Assembly: GCF_018977255.1 (NCBI RefSeq)
Contig: NW_024704743.1
Coordinates: 11,410,001-11,474,000, forward strand
Source of the DNA: Callorhinchus milii
Taxonomy: Eukaryota
Reading direction: 5' to 3'
Length of the DNA: 64,000 bases
Shown here: in pieces, positions 23,991-36,970 of the stretch
Numbering within the stretch: the first letter of the stretch is position 1
Layout of the letters: each line of letters begins with the position of its first letter
Position numbers and translations under genes: made by a program
The notes under the pieces: generated by a model
Told to the model about the DNA's origin: nothing
The model's input: only the letters and a program-made list of their open reading frames with translations
Databases searched by the model: none

Positions 23991-24726
23991 TTGCGTTGTA
24001 CACCTGGGAACAATAACTCAGCACTTCTTTCCAAATGCTTCCCCGGTCCCCAGGGGGAAATATCCCGATTTCTGACTGGACTTTTCCAATGCTCTCCTCG
24101 CCACTCCTCCGAGAATGTACTCCACCTCACAGTATCACAATATATTCTGCGAAGTGCATTGAAATGTCTCAACAACATGATAAGGCGCTAAATCAAATGC
24201 AAGGATTATTATTATAAACCATGCTCAAGAAGGCTACAGCTTATAAAAGCCAAATTGAAGATGGAAGCTGGTTTTGCACGCTTTAAAGTTCAAGATCATT
24301 GTGCTTCTACTAGAACCTCAGCCTTTTAGTACAAACTCAATTTGTTTTGTGATTCTGTTTGAACAGCAAAGGTTAATGAAGTGTGTTTCAATATTTAAAA
24401 ACCTTTCATCTCTCTTGGGACTATAGTGCAAATATTGCTATAAGCTAACACTATATTTATGTCACTTCCCTATGGGATGTGCTCCTGGAATGCAATAAAC
24501 CGTAAGTAAGCAACACTGCACAGAAAGAAACAGTGCGCTAAGTAAGTTCTTAACTGTAATTGACCTGGGGGCTATTTTCACATGAAGAGAGTGGGTATAT
24601 TCCGGCAACGGACAAAATGAATAGTGTTTTGATTCATGCGAGAAGGGGTTGTTTTCTTGCCCATCGTGCTGTGCGCTGGCCGCTAATGGATGGGAGATTG
24701 GAATAAGTCATGTTTAAAAAAGGCGT

Positions 24727-25086
24727 GTGAAGTCCTGTAGCTTATTGGTTAGAGCACTCACCTCACAAGTGAGAGGATCTGGGTTCAATTCCCGGGTGGG
24801 TCAAAACATTAGGCTAGTTTCCTTATTGCACACACCTCTGTTTATCTAGCAGTAAGTAGGAACCAGGTTGTTAGTCGATTGGCAGACTGCTTTTGCAGGG
24901 GTAATAAATCCTTCAAAATAAAAAAAATGTCACTCAATCAATGACTGTTTATGGGACACCGCTGTGAGCAATTGGCTGCCGTGTTTTGCTCACAAAATAG
25001 TCAAGTCACTTTACAGTATATTCTATGAAGCCCTTTGAGACGTCTCAACAACGTGATCAAACACAAATGCAAGAATTATTATTATA
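24727..25086 (+). mobile_element. Deu-domain tRNA SINE
   Basis: tRNA head, Deu core, ATT tail. Confidence 0.8.
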
Positions 25087-25269
25087 ACACAAGCGAAGTT
25101 CGCGACGGCTGGGGTTTGGGATTGCAACATGAAAGGTGCTATATAAAATGTAAGGATTAATATTTTTATAGTGCAGTCAAACCTGTTTCAATCAAATGCA
25201 AATAAGACAGATTTCATTTAGAAAATAATATTTTGTGATACTGTATATGAGTCATTTGAGATGTGACAA

Positions 25270-26190
25270 TATATGGTTGGATGAACCAGGCGGAACGGGT
25301 TTGAATGTGGGGTTTGAAGGATAGCTGAGGGTTGAACAGGACACCGAGGTGCCCTATTGTCTCAGTGACATGTAGAGTGGAACCATGAATAGTGATAATG
25401 TCAGCGCCTGAGGTGAGGAGGCGCTGCCAGGAGCCAAGCAAGAGGGACTCTGTCTTGCCAACATTCAGCTGGAAGAAGTTAGCTCTCATCCAGGACTTGA
25501 TATCTGACAGACATTCTGTCAGGACAACAAGTGGTCCTGGAGTCAAGTGTGGAGGTGGCGAGATAGAATTGGGTGTCATCCGCATACATGTGGAAATTGA
25601 CCCCATACCCGTGGATGATATCACCAAGCGGGAGCATGTATAGATTGAAGAGGAGGGGACCAAGCAGACTCCTAAGGGATCCCACAAGTGACAATGCAGG
25701 AGCTAGAGGAGAAGTTGTTAGTGGACACAAAGTGCAGATGATGGGAAAGGTAGAATTGGAACCAGATAAGGACAGAACTGTTGAGGTGGAAGTGAAAAGA
25801 GACAGAATGTCATTTGTCATCTTGACCTGGGCTGTCTATGTGCTGTGAGCAGCACGAAACCCACATTGGAGGAGTCCATAGAGGGAATGCTGGGATGAAA
25901 GAGTGAAGCTGGGAAGTGACAACTCGTTCCATGACCTTGGAAACAAAAAGGTTTGAAATGGGATGGTAGTTAGGGAACAGAAATGGGTCAAGGGAAGGGT
26001 TTTTGAGGGTAGGGGTGATGACGGCTGTCTTTAGGGGGATGGGTATGGTGCTAATGGACAGGGAGAGGTTAACAAGGAGGCATAGGGATGGGGTCAAGGG
26101 AGCAAGTGGTAGATTTCATGTGGGAAATGATGGAGGTGAGTGAAGATTAGGGAGATAGAATCAAATGTATAGAGGGCAGGCTGGGTGGAT
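25270..26190 (-). mobile_element. L2 LINE ORF2 fragment
   Basis: [47 protein letters not shown]. Confidence 0.85.
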
Positions 26191-26789
26191 TCACCAGAAA
26201 GTCAACTAGATGAACCTTGGTCTTTTTTCGTCTAGCAATTCGTATGTTCCTACATTCCTATTCAAGCAAGCGCTGCCATTCAGTAACCACACATATTAAC
26301 AACCATCCTGGAACAGCCGAGACAAATTTTGCATAATAAACCACCTCTATTCAGCATATAGAGACAACCATGGAATGAGTGACTGATTTTATTTGGGGGA
26401 TTATTGGCCAGAATACCAAGAGAAACTCCTTTCTCTTTTTGAATTGTGCTCTGAGATGCTACCCAGCATGGAGGGCGCTATATAACTGCAAGTTATTGTT
26501 GTTGCCACAGATCTTAAATGTCCACCTCAAAAAACAGATGGGAACTTGGTTTAATGTTTCGTCCAAAGAAAGGCACCTCCAGCAATGTTACCACCTCCAA
26601 CATTGAAGTGCCAGGTTAGACTGTATGAGTTCCAAATCTTGCGTGGAGCTTGAATTCACAACTTTTTTTTGTCAGCTGGGTGTCTGACACATGCGGAAAC
26701 CCATCAGCATGCTTAAGAGTATCCAAACCAAACTGAGAAGTTCCATGCATCCCACCCGCACTTGAATTGGAACCCGCACTCTCCCCCTG

Positions 26790-28496
26790 TATTTCATCAA
26801 CATGTAAATAGAGCATATTGTAAAATTAATTTTGCAACCTTGTCACCCAGAGGACAGAGTACTACCCACAGACAGGTAACACCTTGCAGGCACAATGTAC
26901 TTGCACTTAAACGATGCTTAAATGGTGTGAGTTCAACGTGGGGTTGATGAATCCCACGCAGCATCGCTAGACCAGTCCATCCCTCCTATAACAGTTCGTT
27001 TGGTGCTTGCGTGATCCGGGGGTGCCATATACTCTAAATCTTCACTCGGGTATAATGAGCCAGACATGGTCGACCCCACACTACTTACCCTAGTAGATCA
27101 TTTTTTATTTTTATTTCCTGCTTTCTCTAGTTAGGTCGGCTAACCTCTAATCAGTTTCCAGCTGCGGGATTGAGGTATTAGCTTTCCCATGATCTTCCGC
27201 ATGTTTAAATTGCTTTGTTTGGCTAATTTCAATTTTTACCTCCATTCTGATCTCCCCATTATTTCCATTCTGATACTCTGTCAATTAGAATCTTGCTACT
27301 CAAAATAATCAGTCTCCTCAGCGGACTGGTCATTTCTTTCGATTCCGACTATGACTAACCCTTTGTTTGATTGGTTTGTCTTTAACTGGCGTGCCTCGTT
27401 TGCATGCCCCCATTGAGATTGCATTTTCCCACTGAGTTCATCAACAACAATAACAACTTGCGCCTTTCACATGGGGTAGCGTCATGCTTTATATCCCAAG
27501 TGTAGTGCGGATTTGCGAATGTGGTTTATTAGTATTCTATCCCAGTCATTTGCTCCGTACCCCATTATCTTATCCTTAAGTATAAGTAGTGATATATTTT
27601 CCGTTGGTCTGCTTAGTGCTCTTGAGCCCCACATTGGGTGCCAAATGCGATGGTTCTCACCCCTGAATGTTTACCTGCATTATGTAAAATGCACGGTGTA
27701 CTAGGGGGCCTCTGTGTAGATTCTTCTCTGTGACGTGCAAGTTCCCTCTCTAGTTGAAACTCCACTGCATGAGAATTAACACGATAGCAGGCAATCCCAA
27801 TGTCTTTTAGCGCCACAATGGGAATCTTCACTAAGTGTCCTTCAAACTACCAGACAGCTGATTTCCGCAGTAACCTGTTTGTATCCCTCCCTCTCTCCTT
27901 GAAGTTAACAGAGACTCGAGATGCACGTTTTAGAAAACACAATGGTATTTTATTGGTCCTTAAAACCTTATGCCTAACAAGATCAACTGTCCCATTGTTA
28001 AGAAATAGAAAAACCCTGACACCATAACTATGACTCTAGCAGCTTCACCCAAAGTTAGTAAACAAAGAAAAAACAATCTTGACCTGGAGGCAATGCTCTC
28101 AGATCAGGCACATAACTCCTTGATGAAACTAAAGGTGAAGAGCGACCCCGAGTTCAATGAACCCCCTCATTTTATATTTTTCTAACTCCTTCACTTTCCA
28201 ACTTATCACTTGATACCTTTTCCCTCCATTTCCAATCTCCTCCTCTTCCAATGTATCACTTGTTCCTGCTCCAGGACCCCCATGACCCTTTCCTGCCTCT
28301 TCTGTTGCAACAGTCATCCAGGTCGCAGACTTTGTGCTGTCAAGGCTGTATTGCTTTAAAATTATATTCTGGTCCCTAAACCATAATTACGCTTAAAGCG
28401 AGTCTTATTTCACACAAACTCTATGTATTCAGACTATCTACAACATATATCATTAGAAAGAGGTAGAACATTAATTAAAACAAGGTGACCGTGACA
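26790..28496 (-). mobile_element. Truncated ancient provirus: 5' LTR (27646-28496) + tRNA-Lys PBS + degenerate leader/gag-like sequence
   Basis: Minus strand TGTCACGG...CATCGCA then TT-TGGCACCCAATGTGGGGC; LTR homologous to 29096-30211; downstream limit uncertain. Confidence 0.7.
27626..27643 (-). promoter_or_regulatory. Primer binding site, tRNA-Lys(CUU; Lys1,2), with CpG decay
   Basis: TGGCACCCAATGTGGGGC versus canonical TGGCGCCCAACGTGGGGC; both differences are CpG transitions. Confidence 0.8.
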
Positions 28497-29095
28497 GGCT
28501 TGAACCCACAATTGTCTGGCTCAAAGGCGAGCTACCAACTGAGCCAGGCTGACACCAGCTGCATTTTAATTTCCTTTGCGGGAAACTAAGGGCAGTCAGT
28601 CATCATGGGTTATAATTTCTGTATATCACAGTGCCGAGGCCGGCTGATTAGTTAAGGAACAGTGTTGCGAGTGCCCGTCATGCTGGGATGAGCCACACGA
28701 GCTGCCTGAGGGACATAGCTACCTACTAGAGCTTGCCTGTGCTTTTCACTGGGAGACAGGTTTTTTNGGTCAGCCAGGTGTCTGACACATGCAGAAGCCC
28801 ATCACCATCCTTAATAGTATCCAAATCAAACTGAGAATTCCATACAACAACAAAAAAATTACATTTGTATTGCGCCTTTTGCATCGGAAGGTCGTCCCAA
28901 GTTACAAACATCCCACCTACACATGGAAATCTCAGAGATAGATTGTTGGAATGGAATGCGCACTCTCTCCCTGGAGGGATGCATCCAGTTTACCTAATTT
29001 TGTAGGTGAAGGTTGGCAAGAGCCAAATATTGGGTACCCCAGAGTGTGCGTTGGGGGACTGCTGAAGTCTAACCAGCTAAAACTACATAGCTTGC

Positions 29096-30211
29096 AGTCA
29101 CAGAAACCTTGTTGTTATTAATGATCCACCTTGTTCTAATTATATTTGCTGTAGATTGTCTGTGTAGAGAGAGTTTGTGTTAAATAAGCCACTTCGCTTT
29201 AAGCGCGATTATGGTACAGTAACCAAAAATATAATTTAAAGCTTACTGCCTTGAAAACACAAATCTGTGACCTGGGTGAGAGCAATAAAATAGGTGGGAA
29301 AAGGGACCGCGAGATACATTGTAAATCCCCTAGAGTGGGAACCCAGTGATACATTGGAAGGGGAGGAGTTAAAAATACATAAAAGGAGGGGTTCATTAGA
29401 CTTGGGGTATCAAGGAGTTGGGATGTTGTCTTCAGATCAAGATTGGTTATTCTTTGTTTGCTAACTTTGGATAAAACTGCTCGTGGCATAGTTATGGTGT
29501 CAGGGTTTTTCTATTTTTTAAAGTTGCAACCATTTATTATATTATTGGGCAGTATATGCGAGGCACAGGGTTGTCAGCATCAATAAAATACCATTGTGCT
29601 TTCTAAAAAGTGCTTCTCGAATCTCTGTTAAATTCTAGAGGAGTCCTGTAGCTCAGTGGTTAGAGCACTCACTTTGCAAGCGAGAGACCTGGGTACAATT
29701 CCAGGCAGAGGGCGAAACCTTGGGCAAGTTTCCTTACTCCACACAGAGCCTAATAATAATCCCTCCAAAACCAAAATAATAATAAATTGGTCATTTTCAA
29801 TCTACGACTGTTTGTGGGACATTGCTGTGCGCAATTGGCTGCCGCGTTCGCCCACAAATATACAGTCAATTCACTTTACAGTGTGTTCTGTGAAGCGCTT
29901 TGGGACATCCTCCCGATGTGAAAAGCGCTATATCAAATGCAAGGATTATTATTATTATAGAGGGAGGGAGAGACACAAGCAGGTTATTGCTGACATCAGT
30001 TGTCTGGTAGTGCGAAGGACACTGATTGATGCATCCCATTGTTACGTTATAAAGCATTGGGACCACCTAATGTTGTGTTACTTCTCACATAGTGAAGTTT
30101 TACATAGAGAAGGAACTTGCATGTCACAGAGAAGAATCCATACAGAGGCCATCTAGTACACCGAGCGCTTTACATAATGCGGGTAAACTTTTAGGAGTGA
30201 GGACTGTCGTG
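29096..30211 (+). mobile_element. Solo LTR of the Lys-PBS family, interrupted by a young SINE
   Basis: Inverted homolog of 27646-28496; TTGC TSD (29092-29095 / 30212-30215) inside the unclassified repeat; AATAAA at 29582. Confidence 0.8.
29640..29957 (+). mobile_element. Young Deu-domain tRNA SINE
   Basis: Near-identical to 42738 and 60177 copies; TAGA TSD. Confidence 0.95.
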
Positions 30212-30241
30212 TTGCCATTGAGAGCACTGCTTGGCAAGCTT

Positions 30242-30549
30242 TAATAATCCTTGCATTTGATATAGCGCTTTTCACGTCGGGAGGACGTCCCAAAGTGCTT
30301 CACAGAACACTCTGTAAAGTGAATTGACTGTATATTTGTGGGCGAACGCGGTAGCCAATTGCGCACAGCAATGTCCCACAAACAGTCATGGATTGAAAAT
30401 GACCAATTTATTATTGTTTTTGGTTTTGGAGGGATTATTATTAGGCGTGTGGAGTAAGGAAACTTGCCCAAGGTTTCGCCCTCTGCCTGGAATTGAACTC
30501 AGGTCTCTCGCTTGCAAAGCGAGTGCTCTAACCGCTGAGTTACAGGACT
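30242..30549 (-). mobile_element. Young Deu-domain tRNA SINE
   Basis: Reverse complement of the young consensus. Confidence 0.92.
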
Positions 30550-30794
30550 AAAAGCTTTCTCACTGTTTGTCCAGCTAGTACCAACCAACCCGGTCAGGGC
30601 TTTGGCTAACAGTATTAACAGGACCTGAGTGGGATGATTCCCTGGTCCCAGTGACTGATCTGCCTCTCCAAGTCCTGCCTAGAAAGGAGGCTGGCTGTGC
30701 TGTCATCAGTAGTGCCCTGCAGAACTTGGGAGGATTTTTTTCACCGCCAGACGTGGAGTAGGGTGGTGGAGAACAGAGTCCATTGTCGCTTTCA

Positions 30795-31071
30795 ATAATA
30801 ATCATTCTTACATTTGATATAGCGTGTTATCACGTCGGGAGGACGTCCCAAAGCGCTTCACAGAACACACTGTAAAGTGAATTGACTGTATATTTGTGGG
30901 CGAACGCGGCAGCCAATTGCGCACAGCAATGTCCCACAAACAGTCGTGGATTGAAAATGACCAATTTATTATTGTTTTGGGTTTTGGAGGGATTATTATT
31001 AGGCTCTGTGTGGAGTAAGGAAACTTGCCCAAGGTTTCGCCCTCTGTCTGGAATTGAACTCGGGTCTCTCG
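30795..31071 (-). mobile_element. Young Deu-domain tRNA SINE, 5' truncated
   Basis: Reverse complement of the young consensus lacking the first ~40 nt. Confidence 0.9.
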
Positions 31072-31555
31072 AAAGGGGATTTACTCTATTTTATGGGCGA
31101 AACACGGCAACCAATTGTGCACAGCAGTTTCAAGAGGGAAGTAAACAGGCATATAAAAGAGAGGGACTTGAAGGGGTATGTGGATAAAGCAGGGCGTGGA
31201 ATCAAAGTTATCTACATACTATGAGAAGTGATGCGGATCCATCTGCTCTGTTAGATTTCTACACTCCAATTATCACCACTGGTAATCATCAGATCACAAA
31301 ACACATTTCCTCCCATAATTTTTTAAAAGAAGAAAATATGTGAATAAGCAATAATTCTATCATAAACCTTGCATAGAGTCCTGTAGCATATTGGTTAAAC
31401 TTGCCTCACAACCAAGAGGGCATTGGTTCGATTCCCGGACAGGGCAAAACCTTCCCTACTCCACAAGCAGTAAGTAGGAAGCTGATTGTTATTGGCGGAT
31501 CATTTTCCAGGTGTAACAATCCTTAACAAAAATTAAAATAATAATTTGGTCACTC

Positions 31556-32373
31556 TGTGGTTTTCACTCGTTGATGTACATGCAAATTTTAGTAACGCTT
31601 TCTTACTAATTGCCCTCTGTTCTCTCCTACCCTTGTTAGTATGAGTCCCTATTTTGAAGGTGACTCAATTGAGTCAGAGTCACGCACAGTATTTCCTGGT
31701 TAACTCCAATGCCCGGTAACTGAAATGACTAATCGGAGTCCCCTTGCTCTAGCAGATCTTTGAGGTTGACAGCTACTCTCCAAAGTGCTTACTCCTTTTC
31801 TTGTTTTAGAATATTACAGACTCAAGGATACAGTCGGTAGAAACAACAGCTCTTTATTAAGACCTAGCAACCCTGGGCTACCTTGCATATAAGGAACACA
31901 GCAATTTAAGACAAACAGCAATAAGATCAAACATAATTGCCACACATAACCATATCAAATTGCAGCACAATACTACATTAGTAAAATAGATTTAAACCAA
32001 TCCGACTTGTACAGTGTTCCTGTCCACGTGAGTACGAACCAGATGATGACCATTAATTAGCGACCACGAATAGGCCTGAGGATTGCTTTTGATCGGCGTG
32101 TGGCTCCGCCCACCGGAGGATGTGAATACAGGCCATTTCCCGCGCGAGTGTCCATGTGATCTTCCACTCTCCAGGCTGCCTGTTAACTGTCAGTCAAATG
32201 GCCCGGGTCCAACACATTGGTAACGCAGGCTGTTTGCTAATTCTTTTACGAACAGCTTCTGCAACTCAATTCATTTAAAGGAGCAGGCCTCCCCATTTAC
32301 CTTAAGCAATATTATATAGATACATATGTATTATTTACAAATTACTACGGACTGCAATCGTGTAACCGTGACA
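31556..32373 (-). mobile_element. Solo LTR (third family) inserted in an older SINE
   Basis: TG...CA ends; minus-strand start TGTCACGG; imperfect TSD ACTC/ACAC; host SINE rejoins (GGTCACTC|AATCCATG); minus-strand AATAAA near 31855. Confidence 0.7.
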
Positions 32374-34979
32374 ACACAATCCATGGGCTGTTTGTGGGAC
32401 ACTGCTGTGCGCAATTGCCTTCACCCACAAAACATACAGTCAATTCACTTTACAGTATATTCTGTGAAGTGCTTTGAGACATCTCAAAGATGTACTAAGG
32501 CTCTATATCAAACGTAAGGCTCTATATCAAATAATAATAATATTATTATTATTTGATACACTATCTTTCATGTCCGGAGGACATCTTGTATTTTGCCACA
32601 AACGGAGCAGTCAATTTGTACACAGCAGTGTCCCACAAACAGGCATGAAATTAGTAACCAAGTTTATTTAGGGTATTGTTGGCCAGGACCCCGGGAGGAA
32701 CTCCCTTCTCTTTTTGAATAGTGCCATGGGATCTTTAACATCCATCTGAACAGGAAGATGGGACCTCGGTTTAATGTCTCATCTGAAGGAAAACACCTCT
32801 GACAATGAAACACACTCCCAGCACTGCATTGCAGTGTCATCACAGACCACATGAGTTCAAGTCCCAACATGAGATTTGAGAGTGCTACCACTGAGCCAAG
32901 CTGACACAAGAAAAGTCACGTAGTGTGGGATACTTGGCTGACCAAAAAAAAGGATATTAGGAGCGAGTGGATCCTGGGGTGGATGCCAGGGAGGGGCGCA
33001 GATAAAGTGAAGGGAGTCTTGTAATGCGGACTGTGGACACACAAAAACAAGTATTCAAACAAAACCTCAACAAGAACATAAGAATTTGCTAGGCAAAGGA
33101 AGGCCAATTTTATAGAATGATCAATTTTTATTTAGGGGATTGTGGGCCAGGATGCTGGAAAAAAACTTCCTTTTCTTTTTGAATAGCACCACGGGATCTA
33201 TAACATCTAAATAAGTAGACGGTAAATTGTGTTACATAAGCCCCTCATCCAACTACCCCAAACTGTCAGAACAACTGGCTGCTCATCTCATTGCTGTTTG
33301 TGGGCCATCACTAGGTGTAAATTAACTGCCGTGTTTGCTTCCACAAAAACATTCAGTTCATTCCTAATTAATCTCATTCTGTTAAGCACCACAAGACTTT
33401 ATGTGAAGGGTGCCTCTGTTGACCTAGCAGTAAGTAGGATTGAGGGATGGCTTTTTAAACACAAATTTTAAATTTGGGCATTCAATCCATGATTAATTGT
33501 GGTACACTGCTGAGGGCAATTGGCTGCCACGTTTCACTTACAAAATAAACAGTCAATTCACTTTACAATATATTCTGTGAAATGCTTTGAGTCATCTCGA
33601 AGACGAGATAAGACTATATCAAATGCAAAGATTATTATTGTTCAATTCTCTGCAGAAGTTTTAAACCCCAGAGATCGTTGTACACTGGTTGTCTCCCGGT
33701 TTCCTTTCCTCTCTCTGGTGTGACAGGCGTTTCTAAGCAGGAACGTCCTGACTGACAAGGGTAGCCATGCAAAGTGCTTACCTGTGAGGGATCCTGACAG
33801 GTGAGTACCCAACATGCAGTCAGGAGTATGTTCTCTTCTTGGCTACTTCATTAAATGCTGCACTGAACTGACAGGTCAGCAATGTCTTGATCTCAGAATT
33901 CTATATCACTCTGTACTTCGGCTCCTGCCACCGCCAAACAGCTCAACCTTCGCTTTTCAGCTCCTTGACATGATTTTCCTGTTGTTTTAATAGAAATTAC
34001 AGCAAAGAAGGCGCCTTTCAGCCCATTATTTCTAAGCTGATACTTGTTCCCCTACTATCAAAAGCTTGATTTCAAGGTTTTAACCGTCACCTATAAATCC
34101 CTTCACACACTATCTGTCCGATCCCCTCCTACAAGCCCTCCCACCCCACCCACCGGCTCACTTGTCTTGCTAACTGTCCCCTGCCCTATTATCAGTGGCC
34201 CAGCTTTCCATTTCTATTGGAGTCCAGAAGATTAATGGTTAGCCCGCTTGCCTCGCAAGCGAGAGGACCCAGGTTCAATTCCTGGGCAGGAAGGAAACTT
34301 GCCAAATGTACATGATTCCAAGTCCCTACATGGGGCTTGAACCCACAATCTTCTGACTAAGAGGTGAGAGTGCTACAAACTGAGCTAGGCTGACTGTGTA
34401 TTTTGAAATTAAGGTATGGTATAGCAATCACCAGATTTACAGCATGAAGCATCTGCAAGAGTTGAAACTGAACCAGGAAAGAGCCACGCATTGTTAGTGA
34501 CGAGGGAAATGACAGCTTTCCTCCTGAAGTTTTCTCTATCAAGACTCTCTTATAGCTCAGGACTGGTTTCCCCTGTGTGAGTCATAGATTTACCAACGTT
34601 CTACATTCAAACCCGCTACCTAACAATGTAAATTAAACACCCAGGAGCAAAACTTTACCGTGAGCATTTCAATAGTCCAAAGAAACACTTTAGAGTGGTT
34701 GTGAAAGTGAGTACCTGTGAGGCAAGCAGTTTTGCTCAATTTGTTGCTAACATTTTTGTTAAAGGGAAAACAATTGCAGCATGAAATTACACCTGCTTTT
34801 TGCCATAAAGGCTGATGTCTTGAAAAATATTCAGAATATAATAATAATACGTCTTTGAGATGTCTCAAAGCGCTTCATGGAATATACTGTAAAGTGAATT
34901 GAGACATTATGGAAGAGACATTAAACAGGTGGGCATTAAAGATCCCCAGGCATTATTCGAAAAGAGAAGGGTGTTTATA

Positions 34980-35298
34980 AATAAACAATCCTTGCATTTG
35001 ATATAACGCTTTTCACATCTAGACGTCTCAAACCACTTCACAGAATACACTGTAGAGTGAATTAACTGTATATTTTCTGGGCGAAACGCAGCAGCCAATT
35101 ACACACAGCAGTGTCCCACAAACAATCATGACCAAAGTGACCAGAGTGACCAAATTATTATTGGTTTTTTNCTTGAGGGATTATTATCAGGCATGTGGAA
35201 TAAGGAAACTTGTCCAAGATTTTGCCCTGCCGGGAATCAAACCCAGGTCTCTCATTTGCAAGACGAGTGCTCTAACCACTGAGCTACAGGATTCCTCC
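34980..35298 (-). mobile_element. Deu-domain tRNA SINE
   Basis: Reverse-complement head, core and tail. Confidence 0.85.
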
Positions 35299-36361
35299 TA
35301 GTTTCTCTCTCCTAGTGTTCTGGCCAACAATCGCCCAAATAAAATTGATCATGGCTGGTTGTGGGACATTGCTGTGCACAATATGGCTGCCACATTACGC
35401 CCACAAAATACACAGTCACTTCACAGTGAAGTGCTTTGATACATTATCCAGATGTGAAAGGCACTGTTTCAAAGAGAAGGATAATGCAGGTGTTTTTCTC
35501 TTCATCCAAATAATTCCCAGGTAACTATTGCCTTAATGAGGTTGCGAGTAAAGAGAATTCTCTTGCATATATTGCAGCAAATCTCCCACGAATAGTAAGA
35601 AACAGAAATTTAAATAAGGAAACAATATGTTACATAACCATTGGGCAGAGTGCCAAGCTGTTTGTGAATTCACATGATGTTTATGAATCTTTACGATGCT
35701 GCCCGTCTGATTACAGGCTGTAACTCACTCCTTTATTCTCTACTTGAGGCATCTTTCAATGGCTTCATTCTTAATGTGTGCTCATGATGGGGAATGGAAT
35801 TAGCCATTAGATGGGTACATGAAAACATTCACTTCACAGAGCGAGCAGAGCAGAGGAGCTCTGGGGTAATCAGAGCGCAATAAACTGGCAACGTGTTGTT
35901 AATGTGGTAATGGAATCAACACCTACAGTTATAACAAGCTTGCTGTAACACTCCACTCCAATAGCATTTATTTGCTTGCTTAATCCAAACCTCCTGCTGC
36001 TCGTGTCCTCTCCCGCAGCAAACTCCGCACCCCCACCATCCTGGTCCTTGTCACGTTCCATTGGCTCCCAATCTCTGAATGTATCAATTTCCAGCTCCCT
36101 TACCCTCACATATGAATCCTTTGACTCCCAAGAACCCCCTACCATTCATACTCTCTTTGCTCAGCTAAACCGGCAGCACTTTTCTGCCACCTCTGTGTCA
36201 CTATCAGTGGCCAAGTCTTCAGTTACTATGCCCATTATCTGGGCAACTCTCTGCCCTCCCCTTTTATCTATCCAGTAGTATGGTTAGAGTGCTCACCTTG
36301 CAAGCGAGAGGACCCTGGTTCAATTCCCAGGCACGTTTCCTTGTTCTATTCACCTCTGGTT

Positions 36362-36970
36362 ATTTGTGGTTTTATAAATAGAGGCATAGAATATAAAAGT
36401 CAGGAAGTTATGATGAACCTTTAAAAAACACTGGTTAGACTTCAGCTAGAGACTGTGTTCAGTTCTGGGCACCACACTTTAGGAAGGAATATCAAGGCAT
36501 TGGAGAGGGTGCAAAGGAGAATTACCAGGATGGCACCAGCAATGAGGGACTGCAGTTATCAGGAGAGGATAGAGAAGCTAGGATTATTCTCCTTGGAGCA
36601 GAGAAGGTTAAGAGGAGACTTAATAGAAGTTTTCAAAATTATGAGGGATTCAATAGGGTGAATAGGGAGAAACTAGGTTACCATCCCACTACTGGTGGTT
36701 GGGTTGTTAAGCCGAGGACGTCGATTTAAACAGAAACAGAGGAGACATTTTTTACACAGCGAGTTTTTCAAATCTGGAATGCATTGCCTGATTCGATAAC
36801 AACTTTTACGGGAGAAGTAGATAATTATTTAGGGAGGACATGTTTGCAGGGCTATGGGGAAAGAGCGGTGGAGTGGGATTGAATTGGATAGCTCCTTTCA
36901 AAGAGCCAGCACAGACAGGATGGGCCGAATGTCTTCCTTCTGTGCTGTATAATTCTATGACTCTATGATA
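36362..36970 (+). mobile_element. CR1 LINE 3' fragment
   Basis: KALERVQRRITRM..LGLFSLEQRRLRGDLIEVFKIM; CTATGA-type tail. Confidence 0.9.

Noticed and set aside
29656..30156. Recurrent ORFs such as WDIAVRNWLPRSPTNIQSIHF appearing many times
   Set aside because: Translation of SINE sequence; the frames differ between copies
27646..30211. Long inverted repeats as TIRs of one DNA transposon
   Set aside because: One arm has its own TSD and the other a PBS; they are independent LTRs
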